Position numbers and translations under genes: made by a program. From positions 257,989 through 321,988 of the forward strand of contig DAIDIG010000001.1 of assembly GCA_027459485.1 (NCBI GenBank): a stretch of 64,000 bases of DNA, given 5' to 3'. Below, in pieces: positions 38,856 through 47,519 of this stretch. Position 1 is the stretch's first letter, and each line of letters starts with the position of its first letter. The notes under the pieces are model-generated. The model was not told where the DNA came from, did not search any database, and worked only from the letters and a program-made list of their open reading frames with translations. This stretch comes from Bdellovibrionales bacterium (lineage in GTDB: Bacteria > Bdellovibrionota > Bdellovibrionia > Bdellovibrionales > UBA1609).

Positions 38856-39642
38856 ATATGTTCCGAAAAATTGGCTCAGTCGTGTGGTGGGCCGGGCGAC
38901 GCAGCTCGAGCAACCAACATGGCTCACTCAGCGCGCACGCGATGTTTTTGTGAAGTATTACGGCATCAATATGAACGAGGCGGAACACCCAATCGAATTT
39001 TACCAAAATATCGGCGAAGTTTTCACCCGGCGAATAAAAGTTGAATTGCGCCCCATCGGCGACGGCGTTGTACATCCGTGTGATGGGCGCCTGACAACCG
39101 TCGAAACGATCGAGGGCGAAACACTTCTTCAAGCCAAGAGGATTCGCTATCCGCTCGAGACACTGGTGAATGCGCCGGTTTCAAGTGAGTTTATCGGGGG
39201 GGTGGCTTTTACTTATTATTTATGTCCGACGGATTATCACCGCGTGCACGCACCAGTTTCAGCGAATGTAACAAGCCTGACGCATGTTCCGGGAACACTT
39301 TGGCCAGTGAATGAAAAAAGTGTTTTGAAGGTACCGAAATTATTCGCGATCAATGAGCGTCTTGTATTCGATTTGACGACCCCGCATGGTCGGATTTTTT
39401 TGGTTATGGTCGGCGCGACCAATGTCGGTCGGATGTCGGTGAGTTTTGATCCAAATATAGTGACGAATTCGGCCGGTCGAAAGTCGATTCAGAAATTCAA
39501 CTATAATCCCGCCGTTCATGTTGAAAAAGGCGATGAGCTTGGCACTTTTCACATGGGCAGTACGGTAATTGTTATTTATCCCCCGCAGTTTTTGAAAAGT
39601 CAGCCCCACAAAGGGCCTGTGAAAATGGGTGAATCGGTCTAA
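38842..39642 (+). CDS. psd: Phosphatidylserine decarboxylase proenzyme
   Basis: ORF trimmed to MIYLKYVPKNWLSR. YHRVHAP and the self-cleavage site region FHMGSTVIV (G-S-T). Confidence 0.88.
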   Translation: MIYLKYVPKNWLSRVVGRATQLEQPTWLTQRARDVFVKYYGINMNEAEHPIEFYQNIGEVFTRRIKVELRPIGDGVVHPCDGRLTTVETIEGETLLQAKRIRYPLETLVNAPVSSEFIGGVAFTYYLCPTDYHRVHAPVSANVTSLTHVPGTLWPVNEKSVLKVPKLFAINERLVFDLTTPHGRIFLVMVGATNVGRMSVSFDPNIVTNSAGRKSIQKFNYNPAVHVEKGDELGTFHMGSTVIVIYPPQFLKSQPHKGPVKMGESV

Positions 39643-39713
39643 AGAGTCAAAATCGTTACTCAAGTTGAGACGGTAAAACGACGATGACCTTCAAGAACGA
39701 CTTGGAGGTCAAC

Positions 39714-40568
39714 ATGAAAAAATGGATTTTTTGCGCCGGCGGCTTTTGTTTTCTAATTCTTCTAACTGGATGCGGCTCGAGCTTACAAAACTTGGCCGAG
39801 CAAATTCTCTACCCGTACCAGTCGACGAACAGCCAATTTAAGACTCCGACGACTCCCCCTAGTGGCCTCGGCGAAGTGACGTTTGACTTCAAAGATCAAT
39901 CGAATCAACCAGTGCATATTGTGGCGTGGACGTATCAACCACCGAATGGCTCGAATAAGACGGTTGTCTACTTTCACGGCAATGCCGAAAATCTCGATGC
40001 ACTTTGGGTCTCGAATTTTCTGACGGTCATGCAAGAATTCAAAACCAATTATATCGTCATTGATTATCCCTCTTACGGGCTGAGCACGGGAACGCCAAAT
40101 CAATATACCTTGGTGACGGCTGCGGACAAAGCGATCGAATGGGCCAAACAGACGTACCCGAATAATCAGATTATCGTATGGGGCCGCTCACTTGGTTGTG
40201 GCGTGGCGACACTGGCGACCGGGCAGGAGCAAAGTCTTGTGTCGAAGCTCGCTTTAACAAGTGCGTGGACGAATTTCTTGGCGGTGGCGGAGAGTGTAAC
40301 AAGCTTAGCAAGTGACCTACCGCAAAGTTGGGTCAGTCAAAACAATTACGACTCGGCCTCGGTGGCGCCATCGATTCACCTACCGGTTTTAATGCAACAC
40401 GGGACGGCCGACACGACGATACCTTTCACATTCGGTCAGCAACTGAAGACGGACTTTACATCCTCACCATCAGTCACATTCGACGCCGAGCAGGGCCTCA
40501 ACCATAATAACATGTTCACGAGCCCGACCGTCTGGCAACAGCTGAATTCATTTATTAATGGGAATTAA
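39714..40568 (+). CDS. Alpha/beta hydrolase lipoprotein
   Basis: ORF trimmed to MKKWIFCAGGFCFLILLTGC (lipobox LTGC). HGNAEN, nucleophile elbow GRSLGCG, and a distal GTADT and H near the C-terminus. Confidence 0.75.
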   Translation: MKKWIFCAGGFCFLILLTGCGSSLQNLAEQILYPYQSTNSQFKTPTTPPSGLGEVTFDFKDQSNQPVHIVAWTYQPPNGSNKTVVYFHGNAENLDALWVSNFLTVMQEFKTNYIVIDYPSYGLSTGTPNQYTLVTAADKAIEWAKQTYPNNQIIVWGRSLGCGVATLATGQEQSLVSKLALTSAWTNFLAVAESVTSLASDLPQSWVSQNNYDSASVAPSIHLPVLMQHGTADTTIPFTFGQQLKTDFTSSPSVTFDAEQGLNHNNMFTSPTVWQQLNSFINGN

Positions 40569-40594
40569 ACGTCTCGATTGAAGTGGCGTGCCGG

Positions 40595-41122
40595 CTACCA
40601 GCGATGGTAAGCCGGGTGGCCTTCGCGAACGGCTACAAAAAGACCCCGACATTTCGCCGTCACGACACGCTCCTGTGTGGGGCCGGATGACAACGTGTAC
40701 AGTTCACCTTCAACCCAGGCGCGATCTTCTTTCACGTATTCCACGACGCGCGCGGTGAGGTGGAGCGGCTTGTCCACGGGAGTGGGGCGTAGTAGTTGAA
40801 TTCGATACTCGGCCGTCACGGTGCAGGGAGTTTTATCTATGTTCCATTTGTTTTTTAAGCACCAGGCCGCTGTCCAGTTGCAATGACAATCCAGAAGTGA
40901 ACCGATAATCCCGCCGTTCAACATGCCGGGGAAGGCTTGGTGTTGAGGCTCCGGTTTAAAAGAGCAGATTACCTCGTTCCAATCTTCCTTGCTTGGGAAA
41001 CTTCGAATGCGCAGCCCCTTGGCATTGGCGGGCCCGCAACCGAAGCATATACTTTTCGGCGCGAAATAGTCTTGCAGACTTTTACCCGATTCGAGAACAG
41101 CGGCGATTTCTCGAGCGATCAT
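40595..41122 (-). CDS. PaaI-family hotdog thioesterase with N-terminal CxxC
   Basis: 175 aa. ICFGCGPANAKGL and GMLNGGIIGSLLD are typical of PaaI/DUF4442-type thioesterases. ATGA overlap with the upstream gene. Confidence 0.7.
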   Translation of the reverse strand: MIAREIAAVLESGKSLQDYFAPKSICFGCGPANAKGLRIRSFPSKEDWNEVICSFKPEPQHQAFPGMLNGGIIGSLLDCHCNWTAAWCLKNKWNIDKTPCTVTAEYRIQLLRPTPVDKPLHLTARVVEYVKEDRAWVEGELYTLSSGPTQERVVTAKCRGLFVAVREGHPAYHRW

Positions 41123-43482
41123 GACACCTCTTTGGCCTTCTTACTCGCATACGTCTCGCGTATAAACGAACGCGTGAACTTCAAAAACGCATCCGTTATG
41201 CCAAAGTACAGGGCTGAATTCAAGTATGTCCCTTTTTCCGATTCGCTTTCTTGCGAATGATAAATGCGCACGCACAGATTTTGATCAGGTGCGTTTACGT
41301 AAATCGAGCGAAAAAGGTAAAACATAGAACCGGGCTTGAGAGGTTGATTGGATTGAATAACGCAGCCGAATTCAGAAAGCTCGACGAGGTCGCATTCGCG
41401 TCCAATCTTGGCGTGGATGTGATCGTTTTTCCACGGAACATTATCGAAACGGTAGATGGTAAACGGGTTTCGCATCAAATGTGCGGCGACGTATAATAGC
41501 CGGCGCATTTCAGCCGGTTTGAAAGTAAGCGCCGCCACGGCAGGTTCGTTTAGAAGTTTGGAGACGTCGTCTTGCCGACTTTCGGCGGCTGTCACGATAA
41601 TTTTCGGCCCGTCGGCGGGGCACGAGATATTTGCCTCTTTCAGAGCGTCTCTTAAGCCCGTAAGAAAGGACGGAACGTTATCCGGCAAAAGCGCCTGGTC
41701 GATGACGATGACTTCGAGCGACTGAATCGATTCAAGGTGGCTGCGTGAGTTGCTCAACATTTTGATATCGGGCGCGCGTAAGTTAATACGAATCAAACCG
41801 CTCGTTTCTTCGAGTATAAATTCGGCCGCGACCGTCCGACGAACACCGTCGGCGGATGCGAGGTCCATGTTTTTTCTCACGCGTTTTGAGTGCGGTATCA
41901 GGTACATAATCTCGGTGAGTTGATTTCGCGTGTCGCCGGCAAAAACATCGAGCCAACCTTGCGGCGTTGAAAATAACTTAACCGCGTCGTGGCCGAGAAG
42001 AAGTTGACCCTCTTCGGGAGCGGTTATCGGCATCTGCAGATTGAGATCTAAACCTATTAATAGCCCGACAATATCGGCATAAAAATCTTGCGGCACGGAG
42101 GGTGACGCCTTTTCGATGCGATTCTTCTTGTCGATGTAAGTTTTAAAAAAACTGTAATAGCTGTCATCCCAAACAACGTCGAGATTGCCGATTTCTTTTC
42201 GAGCGTATTCGTATATCGATCGCGCGGTATTTTCATCGGGATCGAGTACAACTAGCGTCTTTCTTTTTTTTTCTTCGTCCGAAAGAAAGATATTTTCGTG
42301 ATTGAACTCGAACAATTTTGGATCGTTGTCGACAAATTGCTTGTGGGCGGTATCGCGCTGCAAATATTGTCGGAGCTCGCGATTGTTGGCTTTCGTCAAA
42401 CCGAAAAACGCGAAATACACGAGGAACTCTCCTTCGCGATCGGGATGCGGTTCAGATCGGATCACTTTGCCGTAAAAGTCGAGAAGCGGCGCCTGCCCTG
42501 GAAAGCGAAAGTAAAAATGACCGCCGGTGCCCTCAGTCAACGGAACAGGATTGGCCATGGCAAAACCTTGATCGCAAAAGCGCTCCAAGTATACCCGCTT
42601 AGCGACCTCCACCTTTTCAAGTGTTTCTTGCACGAATAAAAAGCTAGGGCTTGGCTTTTTCGGGATTGCGAGCACAATTTCGAGCTTTTGCAGAAATATA
42701 AGGCGATCAAGCGGTAAGCACAAGAGATCGTCTATAAAAGGATGATTATACTCCGCCTTTTCGGCTGGGTCGTCTTCATATCTGAGTGCAATGAATTTCG
42801 GTCGATTGTCGGGTGGCCAGCGCTCGGCCTTCTTGAGAAGCGTCGCCGTCTTCGTCACCCATTTTCGCATCACATCGGGCTTTTGGTCGATCGGGCGAAA
42901 GATGATGAGGTCGACCGGATTCTTGGAATCTTCAACCGGTGCCTTTTCCTTTTTTTGAGTCTTACCCAGCCCTTTCGCGACATCGGCCGTATGGTCGGTG
43001 AGTTTCAGAACGTACGTCTTCTCGGTGGAGCGCCCTGAAACTTCAGCGACCCACAGCTCGTTTTTGTCTGACTGAAAGACAAACATATGCGGTTTATCGT
43101 TCGGTGCTTTCATTGCTTCGAGGGCGGATTTAAAAAGCGGACGGCATTTATCGAGAACGATGGTTTCAAGCGATACGCTTTTCGCTACAAGCTCCGTCAC
43201 GGTGCGCCCGAATATTCTCGCGATGTTGACGCGCAGTATTTGACCGCTGGTCGCATCGATTTCGATTTCGGTTGTGCCATCTTGAAGCGCTGGCTCTTGC
43301 GCGAATGTCGCCTCGCCTAAATGTTGAACAACATCTGGCGGCAAACCTTCAAGATATTGAGTATGCTTGGGTTTTGCCACCGGCTTGAGAACGAGGCTTG
43401 AAAAAAAGTGGCGTTCGAACTCCCGAACATTCGGGAATTCTTTTACATCTTCGAGTTCCAGCTCACGCAGATATCGAAGCAT
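41119..43482 (-). CDS. Large signalling-type hypothetical protein (REC-like N-terminus, PilZ-like C-terminus); true start may be ATC at 43530
   Basis: 787 aa from the ATG at 43482. In-frame upstream codons encode (I)GTVVVIEDDLKIRQE with AAGGAG 6 nt before an ATC. C-terminal CDLVELSEFGCVIQS resembles the PilZ D/NxSxxG motif. Confidence 0.65.
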   Translation of the reverse strand: MLRYLRELELEDVKEFPNVREFERHFFSSLVLKPVAKPKHTQYLEGLPPDVVQHLGEATFAQEPALQDGTTEIEIDATSGQILRVNIARIFGRTVTELVAKSVSLETIVLDKCRPLFKSALEAMKAPNDKPHMFVFQSDKNELWVAEVSGRSTEKTYVLKLTDHTADVAKGLGKTQKKEKAPVEDSKNPVDLIIFRPIDQKPDVMRKWVTKTATLLKKAERWPPDNRPKFIALRYEDDPAEKAEYNHPFIDDLLCLPLDRLIFLQKLEIVLAIPKKPSPSFLFVQETLEKVEVAKRVYLERFCDQGFAMANPVPLTEGTGGHFYFRFPGQAPLLDFYGKVIRSEPHPDREGEFLVYFAFFGLTKANNRELRQYLQRDTAHKQFVDNDPKLFEFNHENIFLSDEEKKRKTLVVLDPDENTARSIYEYARKEIGNLDVVWDDSYYSFFKTYIDKKNRIEKASPSVPQDFYADIVGLLIGLDLNLQMPITAPEEGQLLLGHDAVKLFSTPQGWLDVFAGDTRNQLTEIMYLIPHSKRVRKNMDLASADGVRRTVAAEFILEETSGLIRINLRAPDIKMLSNSRSHLESIQSLEVIVIDQALLPDNVPSFLTGLRDALKEANISCPADGPKIIVTAAESRQDDVSKLLNEPAVAALTFKPAEMRRLLYVAAHLMRNPFTIYRFDNVPWKNDHIHAKIGRECDLVELSEFGCVIQSNQPLKPGSMFYLFRSIYVNAPDQNLCVRIYHSQESESEKGTYLNSALYFGITDAFLKFTRSFIRETYASKKAKEVS

Positions 43483-43617
43483 CTCCTGGCGGATCTTAAG
43501 GTCGTCTTCGATGACAACGACTGTTCCGATCGGTCGCTCCTTGGCGCTAACTCGCGCGCGGCGAGGGTTTCACGCCGGCTTTTCACGCTTTTACGCTTAC
43601 TTACAGCATACGGCCGA

Positions 43618-44193
43618 TTACGGATAAAGTCTTGTTTCACGCCAGCCGTTCTCGACTTTGTGATAGGCGAGACGATCATGGAGTCGACCATCGCGGCCCG
43701 TCCATAGCTCGACGTACGTCGGCCGAATGAGATATCCGCCCCAATGCGGTGGGCACGGAATAATTTGATTGCGGTAGCGTTCGTCGGCAATGCGATACTC
43801 TTCTTCGAGTTGTTCGCGGCTCGCAACCGTTTCGGATTGTTTCGATATCCATTGGCTGAGTTGGCTCGCCCTTGGCCGAGTTGCCCAATAGCCTTCAGAA
43901 TCGGCGCGCGAAGTTTTTTCGGCTTGGCCGATAATATGAACTTGGCGGTGAAGCGAATCCCAGAAAAAAAGTGCGGAGCAGCGCGGATCGTGCGCCAGGT
44001 TGCGGCCCTTTTGGCTTTCGTAATTGGTGTAAAACACAAGTCCTTCGGGGCCGAGAGATTTCATCAATACAACGCGTGCGCGCGGCACGCCGCTTGAATC
44101 GGTTGTCGAAAGAACGAATGCGTTGGGGTTTGGGAGCGACGTCGTCTTTGCGTCGTTGTACCATTGTCCGAGCGTTTGTAGAGGATCGATCAC
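43618..44193 (-). CDS. pdxH: Pyridoxamine 5'-phosphate oxidase
   Basis: RVVLMK...GLVFYTNYESQKG, FFWDSLHRQV and HWGGYLIRP...ELW...RLHDRL are canonical PdxH blocks. Confidence 0.93.
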   Translation of the reverse strand: MIDPLQTLGQWYNDAKTTSLPNPNAFVLSTTDSSGVPRARVVLMKSLGPEGLVFYTNYESQKGRNLAHDPRCSALFFWDSLHRQVHIIGQAEKTSRADSEGYWATRPRASQLSQWISKQSETVASREQLEEEYRIADERYRNQIIPCPPHWGGYLIRPTYVELWTGRDGRLHDRLAYHKVENGWRETRLYP

Positions 44194-44218
44194 AGAATTT
44201 GCGCCTTTCGTGTGGACG

Positions 44219-45691
44219 TTAACCCATCCACGTCGTGTCTTTTTGCGACGCCCACTTCGTCGTGATTTTCTTTACATCCGACCACAAATCGAGACTATGC
44301 ACTCCCGTGATGTCGCCTTGACCGAATTTAGATGCGGCTACTCCGCCAAACGAAAACGGCTCGCGCGGGACGGGTACTCCGATATTAACCCCGACCATTC
44401 CCGCTTTGCCGTATCGCGCGACATAATCGGCGATGCCGCCATTTTGCGTAAAGACCGACACCGCGTTGCCGTATATCGATGAGTTTTGAATTTTGAGCGC
44501 TTCAGCAAGCGATTCGCAGCGGACGATACTGAGAACGGGCCCGAATAATTCTTCGATCGCCGCCTGACTGCCGGGCTTCACGCGATCGAGAATGGTGGGC
44601 CCAAGCCAATTGCCGTTTTCATAAGGTTTCGGCACGCGCGGTTTTCGACCGTCGAGCACGAGGTGCGCGCCGTCTTTTTCGGCCTGCGCAATCGCCTTTT
44701 GCAATCTCGCCAATGACTCAGTTGAAATGATCGCGCCCATTCTCTCGCCGAGCGATATTTGTTTGGCTTCATCCACAATACCTGCCACGAGTTGATCGAT
44801 TCGTTTTTCTTCAGCCGGCGAATGAGCGATTGCGCACAACACGCTCGCGGCCATGCAGCGTTGACCGGCACAACCGGTGAACGAATCGGCAACACCGCGA
44901 GATGTCAGTTCGTAATCCGCATCGGGCAACAAAAAGATGTGGTTTTTCGCTCCACCCAAGGCCAACACTCTTTTCATGCTGCGACTGCCGCGTTCGTAAA
45001 CGGATTTCGCTACTTGAGTGGAGCCCACAAACCCGACAGCTGAAATAGTCGGATGATCGAGCAAAGCTTCGACCGTTTCGCGGCCACCGTGAGCGATTGA
45101 GAAAACTCCCGCAGGCAATGCGGCTCGAGTGAGTGCATCCGCGAGAAGGCGCGACGTGAGCGGGGTTTTGTCGGATGGCTTCCAGACAAAGCTGTTGCCG
45201 AGTGCAAGCGCGATCGGGATCATCCACATCGGCACCATGGCCGGGAAGTTAAACGGCGTAATGCCCGCGACGACGCCGAGAGGCTCGCGGCGATATTCGC
45301 AATAGACACCGCGCGAGACTTCGATTCGCCCGCCGATGTCGAGGTTCTGAAGCGACAGAGCGAATTCGGTGACTTCGATTCCTTTAAGTAATTCGGCTTC
45401 GGCTTCGGCCGGCGTTTTGCCGCATTCATTCGAAATGCATGCGGCGATTTCTTTGATTTCGTTTAAGAGGATCTCGCGAAAACGAAACAGCACCTGCGAA
45501 CGCTCTTTAATCGGCGTTTCGCGCCAGGCGCGTTGGGCTTGAGCCGCTGCATCGATTACAGCATTTAGATCTTTTGGTGTACTCGAGTAGGCGCGGCCAA
45601 TCACTTCATTGTTGTACGGGCTCACGACTTTGAATTCTTGGCCCGACGGTTTTTGCCACTGGCCATTACAAAAGTTCAGACATTCGATCAT
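44219..45691 (-). CDS. mmsA: CoA-acylating methylmalonate/malonate-semialdehyde dehydrogenase
   Basis: ALDH family with the MMSDH-type catalytic Cys context FTGCAGQRCMA and N-terminal NFCNGQW. Confidence 0.88.
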   Translation of the reverse strand: MIECLNFCNGQWQKPSGQEFKVVSPYNNEVIGRAYSSTPKDLNAVIDAAAQAQRAWRETPIKERSQVLFRFREILLNEIKEIAACISNECGKTPAEAEAELLKGIEVTEFALSLQNLDIGGRIEVSRGVYCEYRREPLGVVAGITPFNFPAMVPMWMIPIALALGNSFVWKPSDKTPLTSRLLADALTRAALPAGVFSIAHGGRETVEALLDHPTISAVGFVGSTQVAKSVYERGSRSMKRVLALGGAKNHIFLLPDADYELTSRGVADSFTGCAGQRCMAASVLCAIAHSPAEEKRIDQLVAGIVDEAKQISLGERMGAIISTESLARLQKAIAQAEKDGAHLVLDGRKPRVPKPYENGNWLGPTILDRVKPGSQAAIEELFGPVLSIVRCESLAEALKIQNSSIYGNAVSVFTQNGGIADYVARYGKAGMVGVNIGVPVPREPFSFGGVAASKFGQGDITGVHSLDLWSDVKKITTKWASQKDTTWMG

Positions 45692-46200
45692 TTGCCGCTC
45701 AATAGTTTAAGTCCCTTACGGATAGCTTCGATTTCAGTAATGCCACTCTTTTCAGTGATTGTCTTGAGTAATTTTATATCGTTTTGTTGAAAGCGAAAAG
45801 TTTTAAGCAGTGTCGGAGATTTATGTTTGTGTCCGATTTCAGTTACCCATTGCATATACTGAGCGGCAGGTATCCCGTAAAACGGCTTTGTCGGATGTCC
45901 CTTGCGAATATCCTGAAGTATCTGTTTGATCGGATCGGGGAGAACAGTGGTGCGAATAAGTCGCGGTCTTTTTAATAGAATCGCGGGCAGTAATTCATAA
46001 ATCCGCGGCTCAATTCGGCCGGCCCAAATGACGTCGGGCAAATCAGGGCGCCCCAAGTAAGGGTACGGTCGGTTAATGAATAAAAACCCATGTTTTTTAA
46101 AAAAACCGATCGTTCGGCGATAGCGCAGATCTTGCATATCTTTGCGTATTGCACGCAGGCGTTTTTTCGCTTCTTTGTAAATCAAATTGGGCTCGTTCAT
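45688..46200 (-). CDS. Hypothetical basic protein translationally coupled to mmsA
   Basis: 170 aa, Lys/Arg-rich, with no signal peptide. ATGA overlap with the mmsA start. No family recognised. Confidence 0.55.
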   Translation of the reverse strand: MNEPNLIYKEAKKRLRAIRKDMQDLRYRRTIGFFKKHGFLFINRPYPYLGRPDLPDVIWAGRIEPRIYELLPAILLKRPRLIRTTVLPDPIKQILQDIRKGHPTKPFYGIPAAQYMQWVTEIGHKHKSPTLLKTFRFQQNDIKLLKTITEKSGITEIEAIRKGLKLLSGK

Positions 46201-46307
46201 TTGATCAACTCCTGCAAATTGATTTTATATTTCATAAGGCTTTTGGAAGACTATGTAAATACATAAAAAACAGTTGTAAAAACAAATGGTTGTTATAGCT
46301 TAAGGCC

Positions 46308-47519
46308 GTGACGACGAAGATTAAAATTATTTTGGCCGGCGGCGGTCACGCCCATTTGCTTCTTTTAAAAAACTGGCCGGCGGCTGAGCGCCCGAATGTC
46401 GAAATCACGCTCATTTCCGAGTTCCCGACAGCCGTGTACTCGGGGATGGTGCCCGGTTACATCGCCGGCACATACACCCTAGACGAAATTCAGGTTGACC
46501 TTGCAAAGTTGGCGGCTGCGTGCAGAGTCAACTTTCTTCGCGCAGATATAACGGGGCTCGATCTGACGGCGCGTGAAGTGATCACGAACTCGGCGGGATC
46601 AATCAAGCGCGTTCCGTTCGACGTTTTGTCTCTCGACGTCGGCAGTCGGGCGGGTGTTTCACGCGTGCGTGAGAAGTCGGGCGGCGCCGATCCTGGTCGC
46701 GAATTTTCAATCAAGCCACTGCAAACGTTTTTAGAGAATTGGCGGCGGGTGAGTGCGGATCCCGCCATTCGCGAAATTGATGTGATCGGCGGTGGTGCGG
46801 CCGGTCTGGAGTTGGCTCTTGCCATGGCGAGCGCATTGCGACTGGTACGCGCGCCCTCGAAGATCCGTGTCTGCTTGCACGAGCGGGCTTCACGAATTCT
46901 GCCCCAGATGCCACGGCGGGCTTCGCGCATCGCTTTGAAACGCGCGCAGGATCTAGGCGTTGAAGTGCAGTTGAACTCGAGCGGGCAAATCGGTGCCGAC
47001 AAAAAAATGGGCGAAGCTGTTGATTCCGGCGCTCGGGCGCGGTTTGTCGCGGCGGGGCCGACGGCTCCTGAATGGTTTCGCGAAACGGGATTGGATCTGA
47101 GCGCGGGCGGTTTTATTTGTATCGATGAGTTTTTGCGCGCCAAAGGTCACGCGAATATTTTCGCGGTCGGGGACTGTGCCGAATTTTTGCGGCAAACCAG
47201 CGGAGGCCAACCTCAACCCATCCCGCGTTCGGGGGTGTACGCCGTCCGCCAATCTCCCGTTCTGTTAAACAATTTGCGTGCGGCTTGTGAGGCTTGTGCC
47301 GAGCCACACTCAACCAAGGTTTCGGCGTCTTTGCAAAAATATCATCCGCAAAAACGCGCGCTATATTTGCTTTCGCTCGGAGATTTAGACGGCAACCACA
47401 AAACAATGTTCACTTGGGGCCTGTTCGCGTTCGCGGCGAAGTGGCTTTGGTATGTGAAACGATGGATTGATCGGCGGTACATGCGGGGGCTTCAAAACTC
47501 GTACCGCCAAGCTAAATAA
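46308..47519 (+). CDS. FAD-dependent pyridine nucleotide-disulfide oxidoreductase (NDH-2 / SelD-N-terminal-like)
   Basis: GTG start. KIILAGGGHAHLLLL and IDVIGGGAAGLELA dinucleotide folds, plus FAVGDCA. Confidence 0.8.
   Translation: MTTKIKIILAGGGHAHLLLLKNWPAAERPNVEITLISEFPTAVYSGMVPGYIAGTYTLDEIQVDLAKLAAACRVNFLRADITGLDLTAREVITNSAGSIKRVPFDVLSLDVGSRAGVSRVREKSGGADPGREFSIKPLQTFLENWRRVSADPAIREIDVIGGGAAGLELALAMASALRLVRAPSKIRVCLHERASRILPQMPRRASRIALKRAQDLGVEVQLNSSGQIGADKKMGEAVDSGARARFVAAGPTAPEWFRETGLDLSAGGFICIDEFLRAKGHANIFAVGDCAEFLRQTSGGQPQPIPRSGVYAVRQSPVLLNNLRAACEACAEPHSTKVSASLQKYHPQKRALYLLSLGDLDGNHKTMFTWGLFAFAAKWLWYVKRWIDRRYMRGLQNSYRQAK

Noticed and set aside
46490-47143. 217 aa minus-strand ORF inside the FAD oxidoreductase gene
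   Set aside because: It is antisense to a gene with two clear dinucleotide-binding motifs. Its Arg/Ser/Pro-rich composition is typical of a GC-biased shadow frame.
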